From a virus (lineage: Duplodnaviria; Caudoviricetes): a stretch of DNA of 26,763 bases. The notes under the pieces were generated by a model. That model worked only from the letters and a program-made list of their open reading frames with translations, was not told the DNA's origin and did no database searches. Position 1 is the stretch's first letter. Each line of letters begins with the position of its first letter. Positions 9,513 through 16,798 of this stretch are shown here, in pieces. The stretch lies in the IMG/VR virus record IMGVR_UViG_3300037484_000415, positions 1-26,763 of that record; one strand, given 5' to 3'. Position numbers and translations under genes: made by a program.

Positions 9513-11719
9513 AACGCCTCCTCATGCTTTTCGCCATCCTGGCCCTCGGCACTGCCTTCGCGCAGACCCCCGCTGGCACCAAGCTGGCAGACGAAGCCAA
9601 TGCCGCTTCGACCCGGTTCACCCTGACCGCGCCAGCCACGATCAGCTACGGCGCCGGCACGTCGTGGGTGGCCACCACGCTGCAGCCCGGCGCCTACGTG
9701 TGCCACCCGTCGACCTTCGGCATGCCCGGAGCCATCGCTGCGCCACGCAAGCAGTGCAAGTTCACGCTCAAGGACAAAGGCGTCGCTGTGCCGCCGGTGG
9801 TCGTGCCGCCTGTCGCGACCGAACCGGCCATGCCCGGCGACGTGCTGGTCAACGGCGTGGTCGACCCGGCGAAGTACCGCGCCACCGCGGCGACGTTCGG
9901 CACCGATGCCGGCATCGCCTACCGCTACGGCCCCAGCGCCGCGGAGAGCGGCTACCCGGCCGCCACAGTCACCTACGGCAAGCGCCCCGACAAGAGCTAC
10001 GACCCGCTATCCGTGCGCCTGGGCTGGAGCGACCGCAGCTGTGTCGCGCCGGGCGGCTGGTGCGGCACCTGGCAGATCGGCAGCGCCCTCACGAAGGATG
10101 CCGGCGACTACAGCTCGAGCATCGTGAACATCGGCTACGTGCCCGACGCGGTGCCCGGCCAGGCGTTCTACCCGAAGAAGTATTTCGGCGTGGCCAGCCT
10201 GCAGCAGATCGCCATCGCGCACGACACGATGGCCGTGAAGCCTGAGCACTCCTGGACCACCTACGACGGCCCGGCCAACGACGGCGGCGCCAACGACCCG
10301 AACATGACCTTCTATGCCCAGGGCACCCCGTTGGACCAGAAGCCGGTCGCCGTGGCCAAGTGCTACGGCCGGGGAGGGTGGTGCACCAATTCGCTGGCGG
10401 CTTTCGCCAACGGCTGGATCCTGGGCGTGGGCAGCAACACCGCGCACAACCGCTTCAAGGTGAAGCTGGCCGACGGCAAGGTGCCCTCCGCGATCGCGAT
10501 CACCAACAGCGGCGAGTTCGCGCTGGTCACCGTCTGGGATACGGCCGCGGTGCGCGGCCAGGTCGCGGTCATCGCGTTGGCCGACGGATGCCAGTGGTGC
10601 GATCCCGCCAAGGAAAGCGATTGGGGGCGCAACTGGGGCAGCGCCCGGCGCGTCTACATGGGCTTCCCTGGCCTGGGCAACTACATCGCCGGCAAGGTGC
10701 TCGGCTACGTCGATCTGCCCGACAACCTGAAGGCGCCGACTGAGATCAGCGCCACCACCGGCAAGGACAAGTGGGAGTACGAGCAGATCCGTGACTTCTG
10801 GAACGCCGACATCGCCACGGCCGACAGCCGCGCCCAGTGGCTCACCGGCGAGCGCAGCGCGGGCATCGCCCGCACCGGCCTGGCTGTGGTGATCAGCAAG
10901 AACGAGAAGCGCGCAGCCTTCCTCGACCTGCGCCCGCTGTTCGCCTACTACCGCAGCCAGTACCTGGGGCAGGGCCAGGCGGCTTTCGACGCGATGATCG
11001 CCAGCCGCGGCACTGGTGATGCCCAGTGGCCGTACAGCTTCACCAACACGCCCAGCCAGAAGCCGGCCGTGATCTCGACCATCGACCTGCCCACCGCGCC
11101 CACCGCGGTGAAGCTGACGCTGAAGGCGCCGCACCGCGCGCTGATCGCCACGCAGGACGGCACGCTGCGAGTGTTCGACCTGGGCGTCGGCTACCTGGAC
11201 CAGAAGGCCGCAGCCGTGGGCAAGCCCTCCGACATCGTGCCGAAGCAGACGATCGCCGTCGGCAAGAACCCGACCGACATCACCTACGTGAAGGACCACG
11301 GCTGGGCGGACAAGTCGGCGCTGTTCAGCCCGCTCGGCCTGGATCCGGTGAACGCGTACTGGGTGACGGCGCGCGGAGAGCGCAAGGTGACGCTCCTCGG
11401 GTTCGACGCCACCTTTGCGAGCGCCAAGACCGTGAAGACGCTCACCGACAGCCGGATCGTCGACCCGATCGCCACGGACGATGCGGCCAACCACGGGACC
11501 GAGAGCTACGTGCTGACCGTGGCCGACTATGGCGGCAAGGCGGTGCGCAACTACCTGTACGGCCCGGTCATCGCCTGGACCTATGGGACGAAGGACGGCT
11601 GGAAGGTCTGCCCGGCGCCGGCCGGCTGCGCTCCGCTCGACGGCCAGCCTTTCGAGTACGGCGGAGGATATGACCTGCCAGGCAAGCCGTTTCACGCAGC
11701 GGGGGCGAACATCAATTGA
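9509..11719 (+). CDS. Large secreted protein (736 aa), probable beta-rich/propeller fold; moron
   Basis: ATG at 9509 overlaps the upstream stop. Sec signal MKRLLMLFAILALGTAFA-Q, small Cys-containing N-domain, Pro/Val linker, repeated P.AIA / PTAV / PTDI blade-like starts. Confidence 0.7.
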   Translation: MKRLLMLFAILALGTAFAQTPAGTKLADEANAASTRFTLTAPATISYGAGTSWVATTLQPGAYVCHPSTFGMPGAIAAPRKQCKFTLKDKGVAVPPVVVPPVATEPAMPGDVLVNGVVDPAKYRATAATFGTDAGIAYRYGPSAAESGYPAATVTYGKRPDKSYDPLSVRLGWSDRSCVAPGGWCGTWQIGSALTKDAGDYSSSIVNIGYVPDAVPGQAFYPKKYFGVASLQQIAIAHDTMAVKPEHSWTTYDGPANDGGANDPNMTFYAQGTPLDQKPVAVAKCYGRGGWCTNSLAAFANGWILGVGSNTAHNRFKVKLADGKVPSAIAITNSGEFALVTVWDTAAVRGQVAVIALADGCQWCDPAKESDWGRNWGSARRVYMGFPGLGNYIAGKVLGYVDLPDNLKAPTEISATTGKDKWEYEQIRDFWNADIATADSRAQWLTGERSAGIARTGLAVVISKNEKRAAFLDLRPLFAYYRSQYLGQGQAAFDAMIASRGTGDAQWPYSFTNTPSQKPAVISTIDLPTAPTAVKLTLKAPHRALIATQDGTLRVFDLGVGYLDQKAAAVGKPSDIVPKQTIAVGKNPTDITYVKDHGWADKSALFSPLGLDPVNAYWVTARGERKVTLLGFDATFASAKTVKTLTDSRIVDPIATDDAANHGTESYVLTVADYGGKAVRNYLYGPVIAWTYGTKDGWKVCPAPAGCAPLDGQPFEYGGGYDLPGKPFHAAGANIN

Positions 11720-11747
11720 ACTGCTGCCACTGTGGAAGATAAGTTCA

Positions 11748-12175
11748 GGCGCCCACAACGACAAAAGCCGCCTTATCCTTATTTCGAGGGGCGGCCTAGG
11801 TCGTCTGGTGCGTCAAGACTTTCGCCTCGGGCTACATGGCCTCCAGCAGGCCTTTTAAGTCGATGGTGGCCGGTGCTGATCTCCGGCTTCGTGACCTGAT
11901 GGACCCCTTTCCGCCCGGAAGCGGTTGTCAAACCGTCCCCCGAAGGATTGTCGCCCGCGCATCAGCCTGCGCATTCACCATCACGGATGCCGGCGAGACG
12001 GTGAGACCTCGCGACCTGCCGCTTAGAAGCGGCGGCTCTACCGGTGGCGCTCCGCTTGTACTTCGCTCGGCGCCTTTCTGAGCTACGACATCCGTGATGG
12101 GCCTGCCGAAGCAGGCGTCCACATTTTACCTACGCACAGCCCCTGGCGCTTCGGCGCTGGGGGCCTTTTGTCGTT
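11748..12175 (+). ncRNA. Candidate large structured non-coding RNA (unassigned)
   Basis: No convincing ORF. Dense nested inverted repeats, including a perfect 12-bp long-range stem (11978-11989 with 12089-12100). Ends in a terminator. Confidence 0.5.
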
Positions 12176-12176
12176 T
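12139..12176 (+). terminator. Rho-independent terminator
   Basis: GCCCCTGGCGC-TTCG-GCGCTGGGGGC followed by CTTTTGTCGTTT. Confidence 0.75.
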
Positions 12177-12206
12177 CTGGATCGCCAGCCTTGCGCATGG
12201 GTGCTA

Positions 12207-12386
12207 TCAGGGGGTGGGAGGAAGCCGCTGCATCCGAATGATGTCCCAGGCGCACAATAGCCATCCGATGCGCGTGTTCATCTCGTCGCGATCCTCGCAG
12301 GAGGTCAGCGGGTCGTTGCGGATCGCGCGCAGCACTTCGGCCGGCAGTTCGACGGGCAGCGTGATCATCACTTGATTGCTCATCAT
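12207..12386 (-). CDS. Small hypothetical protein (59 aa, MMSNQVMITLPVELPAEVLRAIRNDP...)
   Basis: Read manually; below the ORF-track cutoff. Protein-like composition, purine-rich upstream sequence, converges on the 12139-12176 hairpin. Confidence 0.45.
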   Translation of the reverse strand: MMSNQVMITLPVELPAEVLRAIRNDPLTSCEDRDEMNTRIGWLLCAWDIIRMQRLPPTP

Positions 12387-12526
12387 CTCACTCGCTTTCC
12401 TTGAATCTCTGAATGCGTCAGAGAGCGCGGCACAAGGGGCCGGATCAGTCGGGGGAGGGTGGCGCCAATCGTGGCACGGGCTATGGTATCTTGCGCTTCT
12501 GGCGTTGATTCGTAAGGGATTCTTGC

Positions 12527-12543
12527 TCCCTCCGGTTCCGCCA
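12527..12543 (+). other. attP core = 3' end of a tRNA (likely tRNA-Ser)
   Basis: TCCCTCCGGTTCCGCCA = 3' T-stem strand, acceptor strand, discriminator G and CCA. No upstream tRNA body; lies directly before the integrase. Confidence 0.75.
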
Positions 12544-12566
12544 GATACCGTCCATGACGGACCCAG

Positions 12567-12601
12567 AAAGCCCCGCGCGATCTCCGCTGCGGGGCTTTTT
12601 C
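12567..12601 (+). terminator. Terminator downstream of the att core (would terminate the host tRNA after integration)
   Basis: AAAGCCCCGC...GCGGGGCTTTTT. Confidence 0.8.
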
Positions 12602-12703
12602 ATTGGGGCGTGCGTCCATAATCCGCCCCATGCATCCAAGATCGTCCCGCCCAAGCCAAGACCCAGACATGGTATCGCCCATGGCACGGACCCGCTCCGT
12701 ACC

Positions 12704-13885
12704 ATGACCCTGACGGCACGCGCCGTTGAATCGGCAAAAGCGAAGGCCGCCGGCTACAAGCTGTCGGATGGCCAGGGGCTCTACCTCTTCGTGACGCCGG
12801 CCGGCGGCAAGAGCTGGCGAGCGAACTACACCCTTCAGGGCAAGCAGAAGACCCGCACCTACGGGCGCTGGCCGGACATGAGCCTTGCGGACGCGCGCCG
12901 CGCGCACGCGCTGGCCAGGGACATCCCTGCCGCGGTGGCGGCCGCCAAGGCTGCGATCCCAACCTTCAAGTCGGTCGCCGAAGAGTGGCTGAAGAAGAAG
13001 CTGCCCGAGCTGTCCAACGGCAAGCATCAGATCCAGGTGGAGAACACGCTCGAGCGGTTCGCCTTCCCGGTGATTGGTGCCATGCCCATCGACTCGATAC
13101 CACGAACCACCCTGGTCGGCGTGGTACTGGCGGTGCAGGCCAATGGCACGATCGAGACGGCGCACCGCATTGCCGGCCGCATCACCGCCGTCTTCAACCA
13201 CGCAACGGACCTGGGCTACATCGAGCAGCACGGCGCCGCGGGCCTGACTCGCGTCCTGATCGCGCGTAAGACGAAGAAGCCGATGGCCAGCATCCCGCCT
13301 GCAGAAGCTGGGGCGCTGCTGCGCGCGATCGACGGCTACGACGAGCCCGTGACCCGCCTGGGCCTCTGGTTGATGGCCTACACCTTCGTGCGCGTCGGCG
13401 AGCTTCGCAGCATGCAGCGCAGCGAGTTCAAGGAAGACGGCGTGATCTGGGTGGTGCCGGCCGAGCGCGTGAAAGGGAAGGGCCAGCCGCTCCCCCACGT
13501 CGTGCCCATGTCGCGCCAAGCGCGCGCCATCGTGGCCGAGTTGGACAAGCTGACCGGCGAGCAGCCCTTCGTGCTCGACTCGCCCATCAGGCCAGGCCAC
13601 CCCATCTCCGAGAACACGCTCCTGTTCGCCCTGTACCGGCTGGGCTACAAGGGCCGCATGACGGCCCACGGCTTCCGCGCGCTGGCCTCGTCCGTGCTGA
13701 ACGAGCATTCGGACTTCGACAGGGATGTGATCGAGCGGCAATTGGCGCACCAGGAAGTGGATGACGTCCGCGCGGCGTACAACCGCGCGCAGTACTTGCC
13801 TAAGCGGCGGGAGCTGATGCAGTGGTGGGCTGACTGGCTGGATCAGCAACACAGCGCTGCAGGTCGGCCACCCGCCACCGGGTGA
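12704..13885 (+). CDS. int: P4-like tyrosine integrase with arm-binding N-domain
   Basis: YKLSDGQGLYL.V.P.G.KSW N-terminus; catalytic VRVGE, HGFR, QLAH and AAYNR motifs. Start placed at ATG 12704. Confidence 0.95.
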   Translation: MTLTARAVESAKAKAAGYKLSDGQGLYLFVTPAGGKSWRANYTLQGKQKTRTYGRWPDMSLADARRAHALARDIPAAVAAAKAAIPTFKSVAEEWLKKKLPELSNGKHQIQVENTLERFAFPVIGAMPIDSIPRTTLVGVVLAVQANGTIETAHRIAGRITAVFNHATDLGYIEQHGAAGLTRVLIARKTKKPMASIPPAEAGALLRAIDGYDEPVTRLGLWLMAYTFVRVGELRSMQRSEFKEDGVIWVVPAERVKGKGQPLPHVVPMSRQARAIVAELDKLTGEQPFVLDSPIRPGHPISENTLLFALYRLGYKGRMTAHGFRALASSVLNEHSDFDRDVIERQLAHQEVDDVRAAYNRAQYLPKRRELMQWWADWLDQQHSAAGRPPATG

Positions 13886-14012
13886 GGCCGCCGATCTTCA
13901 GTGGCGCCGGCAGTCTTCCCTTGGCAACCTCGCGCCAGAACGTCGACCGGCCCATCGACAGCATCTCGGCTGCCTTCGTTGCCGGAACCAGGATCTTCGC
14001 TTCGTCGTTCAT
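13800..14012 (-). CDS. AlpA-type excisionase / recombination directionality factor
   Basis: AAEMLSMGRSTFWREVAKGRLPAPLKIGGLTRWRVADL winged-helix motif; GAGG upstream; convergent with int. Confidence 0.85.
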   Translation of the reverse strand: MNDEAKILVPATKAAEMLSMGRSTFWREVAKGRLPAPLKIGGLTRWRVADLQRCVADPASQPTTASAPAA

Positions 14013-14069
14013 GCTTCCACCTCGAATCGGTTGCTGATGGTACAGGAAGTAGGCGTATGATGTATGCCT

Positions 14070-14201
14070 ATGAAGCGCACTAGTCTCTTTCTTCCAGAGC
14101 AGGTCTTGACCCGGCTGCGTGAGCTTTCCGAGAAGACCGGATACTCCGTCGCTGAGCTGGTGCGCCGGGCTGTGGACGAATTCCTGAAGCGGCAAAAGTG
14201 A
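14070..14201 (+). CDS. Ribbon-helix-helix (CopG-like) protein, 43 aa
   Basis: MKRTSLFLPEQVLTRLRELSEKTGYSVAELVRRAVDEFLKRQK, read manually. GTGA overlap with the tnpB start. Confidence 0.85.
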   Translation: MKRTSLFLPEQVLTRLRELSEKTGYSVAELVRRAVDEFLKRQK

Positions 14202-15244
14202 TCCTCGTCTACCGCTACCGTGTCAAGTCCTTGAACGGGCTGCTGAACAAGCAGGCGCGAGCGGTCAACTACGTGTGGAACTTCTGCAACGAGACCCAGA
14301 AGCACGCCCTGAAGTGGTTCAAGCGCTGGCCATCTGGCTTCGACCTTGAAAAGCTCACGGCCGGCAGCAGCAAAGAGCTGGGCCTTCATGCCGACACCAT
14401 CGGCGCCATTTGCGCGCAATACGGCAAGTCGCGCAAACAGTTCAACCGGCCCTACCTGCGCTGGCGTGGGAAAAAGTCGCTGGGCTGGGTTCCGCTCAAG
14501 GGGCGCAACATCAAAGAAACTGCGGATGGTTTCCACTTCCATGGCCGCGAGTTCAAGGTCTTCAAAAGCCGCGTCTTGCCAGCCGGCGCCAAGATCAAGG
14601 ATGGCACCAGCTTCAGCCGAGACACGCGCGGCAATTGGTTCCTCAACGTCTGTGTAGAAGTTCCTGACGCCGATGCGCGACAGATTGAGCGTGGCGTTGG
14701 CATCGACCTCGGTCTGAAGTCTTTTGCTACCCTGAGCACAGGGGAGACGATCGACAACCCGCGTCACTTCCGTGCTCTTGAAGATAGGCTCGGCAAGGCT
14801 CAGCGCGCCAACAAAAACCGCCAGGTCAAGACGATCCACGCCAAGATCGTCAACGGCCGTAGGGACTTCCTGCACAAGCTCTCGACCCGCCTGGTTGGAG
14901 AGTTCGATTACATCGCAGTCGGCAACGTGTCGGCCTCGAAGCTTGCCAAAACCAGCATGGCAAAAAGCGTCCAGGACGCATGCTGGTCGTCCTTCCGGGT
15001 GCAACTCGCGTACAAGGCTATTAAGCATGGCGCGCTGTTCGAGGAAGTGAACGAGAGTTGGAGTACCCAGACCTGCAACGCATGCGGCGTGATCGCCGGC
15101 CCGAAGGGGCGTGCAGGACTGAATGAGCGACGTTGGGTGTGTAGCTGTGGTGTCGAGCACGATCGAGACCAAAACGCTGCATTGAATATCCTGCGTCGCG
15201 GCTCGGGACATCGAGCCCCTGTAGAGGGAATCGCTGCTCTTTAG
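14198..15244 (+). CDS. tnpB: RNA-guided endonuclease TnpB, RuvC-II-variant type
   Basis: YRYR..VWN N-terminus, GIDLG (D170), IAVGNV (G242 in place of E), VNE (E286), CxxC...CxC zinc finger, HDRDQNAA (D324). Confidence 0.93.
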   Translation: MILVYRYRVKSLNGLLNKQARAVNYVWNFCNETQKHALKWFKRWPSGFDLEKLTAGSSKELGLHADTIGAICAQYGKSRKQFNRPYLRWRGKKSLGWVPLKGRNIKETADGFHFHGREFKVFKSRVLPAGAKIKDGTSFSRDTRGNWFLNVCVEVPDADARQIERGVGIDLGLKSFATLSTGETIDNPRHFRALEDRLGKAQRANKNRQVKTIHAKIVNGRRDFLHKLSTRLVGEFDYIAVGNVSASKLAKTSMAKSVQDACWSSFRVQLAYKAIKHGALFEEVNESWSTQTCNACGVIAGPKGRAGLNERRWVCSCGVEHDRDQNAALNILRRGSGHRAPVEGIAAL

Positions 15245-15281
15245 AGTGGCGGACATGTCAACCTGTTCGGTGATCTCTTCG
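15110..15281 (+). ncRNA. Predicted omega/reRNA of TnpB with flanking guide (5' end approximate)
   Basis: Hairpin GGCTCG-GGACAT-CGAGCC (15200-15217) whose loop can pair with ATGTC (15255-15259, pseudoknot); right-end hairpin; TCAA end. Guide would start CCTGTTCGGTGATCTC at 15262. Confidence 0.6.
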
Positions 15282-15297
15282 TTGCTGAGAACGAGGT

Positions 15298-16029
15298 TCA
15301 TGCAGCCTCCGTGGCGCCAGATGCGGCATCCGAGAACAGGTCGCCCGGACGGGAAGCCATGGCGCTTAGGCGCTTTGCAGCCGTTTCGCAGTACCGCTCA
15401 TCGATCTCTACGCCGATCGCCTTGCGGCCCTCCAGAACCGCTGCAACTAGCGTGCTTCCACTGCCGGCGAACGGGTCGTATACGGTCTCGCCCATCACAC
15501 TGCTGCTCTCGATAAGCTGCCGAAGGATGTCAATTGGCTTCTCAGTGGGGCGGTGCTTCACGCCGCCGCTGATTGGCCTCATGTTGCGCAAGACGCTGCC
15601 CTTGCGCAGTCTTGCGGACAGATTGCCGTATCCCTTTTCGCGGTTGGCTTTGCTCAATTCGTAGGTGGCAAAAACAATCTTCTCGTGCTGCGGCCCCCAT
15701 GGGCTCGACAGATCGCCCATCCCTATAGTGCCCTTGTCCCAAATCAGTTCTGTTATGCCGCAAAGAGGCAGCGCAGACAGATCCAGGCGACCCGAGAAGA
15801 TGTAGACGTGCCGGCCGCGCTTGAGTCCCTTGAGCGCTGTAGCCAGGCGCCCTTCCACTCCATTCGCGTCGTCATCGCCTTGAAGCATCCCCCACTTACC
15901 ATTGGCCCTTCCACTGACAAACTCCTGACCATACGGCGGGTCAGTCACAAGCAGGTCATAGGAGCAAGCGATCTCTAGCGAATCGCCGAGGTAGAGCTTT
16001 ACAGATTCGGTCTCGTAGTACGGGGTCAC
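15298..16029 (-). CDS. Orphan DNA N6-adenine/N4-cytosine methyltransferase (beta class)
   Basis: LYLGDS, VTDPPYG, PTEKP, VYDPFAGSGSTL, IGVEID..YCE.A..RL. Confidence 0.92.
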   Translation of the reverse strand: MTPYYETESVKLYLGDSLEIACSYDLLVTDPPYGQEFVSGRANGKWGMLQGDDDANGVEGRLATALKGLKRGRHVYIFSGRLDLSALPLCGITELIWDKGTIGMGDLSSPWGPQHEKIVFATYELSKANREKGYGNLSARLRKGSVLRNMRPISGGVKHRPTEKPIDILRQLIESSSVMGETVYDPFAGSGSTLVAAVLEGRKAIGVEIDERYCETAAKRLSAMASRPGDLFSDAASGATEAA

Positions 16030-16499
16030 TTCGAGACTCCTGTTCCATTGGGCACATCAGTTGCCCCGCCGATCAGGTCTGATGCTTCCCACATGCCTGG
16101 TAAGTCAGCGGCAGCCTCATCAAGAGACGCGTCGATGTCGCGATAAAGCTTCATGGCATCGATCTGATATTCCTCGAAGAACGCGGGCAGCATGCGCCAG
16201 CGCGCTGCATCCTTCGCGTCCGCCCCCACTGCTTGCACTGCTTGCACTGCTGCCGCATCCTTGCCGGCCTCTGCTGCATCTGGAGTGGCCTGAGTGGAGC
16301 GGGTGTTCCATGCATCGCGCACCTCTTCGTAGTGCAGCGGGCAGTCATTGCCGGTGGATGCGAACACGCCTTGGCTCTGGGCGCCACATGCATGGCATCG
16401 CACCATGCTGAACTTGCCGAAGCCGTCAGGGTCGTGTTCGAAGTGGATGGCGACCCGCTTGTCGCCGCAGAACGGGCAAGGCTTCAGTTCCTCGCTCAT
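16026..16499 (-). CDS. Lar-family restriction-alleviation-like protein
   Basis: MSEELKPCPFCG...VRCHACGA...AWNTR. Start at 16499 via ATGA overlap. Confidence 0.75.
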   Translation of the reverse strand: MSEELKPCPFCGDKRVAIHFEHDPDGFGKFSMVRCHACGAQSQGVFASTGNDCPLHYEEVRDAWNTRSTQATPDAAEAGKDAAAVQAVQAVGADAKDAARWRMLPAFFEEYQIDAMKLYRDIDASLDEAAADLPGMWEASDLIGGATDVPNGTGVSK

Positions 16500-16798
16500 G
16501 CTGCGCTCCCGCCCTTGGCCGCGCGCCAGATCGCAACATCTCGATAGTTGCATCGGTCGAAACCGGCCGCTTGAAGTTCGGCGAGCGCAACGGTGTCCGC
16601 ATGAGGCCCCCAAGAGAGTTTGGAGATCATCACCGTAGGCACTGCCCCGTTGTCAGATCGCACGGTCACCGTGTCGCCCTCTGCTTCAAATTCAGCGGTA
16701 ACAATCGCGCCCGCCGACCAGAACATGGATGGATGCGTGTGCAGCTTGTCGCCTCGGCGCACTGGCTTGCCCTCGACCTCAAACAGAATCTTGCTCAT
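16496..16798 (-). CDS. Hypothetical phage early protein
   Basis: ATG at 16798 (MSKILFEVEGKPV...) after a G-rich RBS; stop overlaps the next start. Confidence 0.65.
   Translation of the reverse strand: MSKILFEVEGKPVRRGDKLHTHPSMFWSAGAIVTAEFEAEGDTVTVRSDNGAVPTVMISKLSWGPHADTVALAELQAAGFDRCNYRDVAIWRAAKGGSAA

Larger units (their letters stand above)
12459..12687 (+). repeat. Integrase arm-type binding sites flanking the attP core
   Basis: RTGGYRY heptamers at 12-bp period on both sides of the core: GTGGCGC 12459, GTGGCAC 12471, ATGGTAT 12483; ATGGTAT 12669, ATGGCAC 12681. Confidence 0.65.
14040..15261 (+). mobile_element. IS200/IS605-family (IS1341-like, tnpA-less) element carrying RHH + tnpB
   Basis: Right end: hairpin CGCTGCTC-TTTA-GAGTGGCG (15232-15251) then ATGTCAA ending at 15261. 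Left end approximate; imperfect palindrome TAGGCGTA..TATGCCTA at 14050-14070. Opposite strand to the surrounding operon. Confidence 0.7.

Noticed and set aside
10007-11764. 585-aa minus-strand ORF (also 12383-13852, 16620-18125, 19072-20118, 8244-9248)
   Set aside because: Antisense shadows of well-supported genes with high GC3; no motifs or RBS.
11890-11955. Hammerhead ribozyme (CTGATGG...CAAAC)
   Set aside because: The core deviates from CUGAUGA/GAAA and stems I and III cannot be built cleanly.
11748-12175. tmRNA, RNase P RNA or group I/II intron identity for the structured segment
   Set aside because: No tRNA-like ends with tag frame, no GAGGAAAGUCC and no recognisable intron core or domain V.
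12472-12490. TGGCAC motifs near attP as sigma54 promoters
   Set aside because: No correctly spaced -12 TGC; the 12-bp periodicity on both sides of the core fits integrase arm sites better.
12500-12543. Complete tRNA gene
   Set aside because: Only the last 17 nt match a tRNA. There is no GTTCGA T-loop, D-arm or anticodon arm upstream, so this is an att core.
13621-13628. TnpB guide seed match CCTGTTCG inside int
   Set aside because: Only 8 nt; expected by chance in GC-rich DNA and pairing does not extend.
16200-16265. Short tandem repeat (CACTGCTTG x2, KDAA x2) in the Lar-like gene
   Set aside because: Low-complexity in-frame linker duplication with no sign of phase variation.
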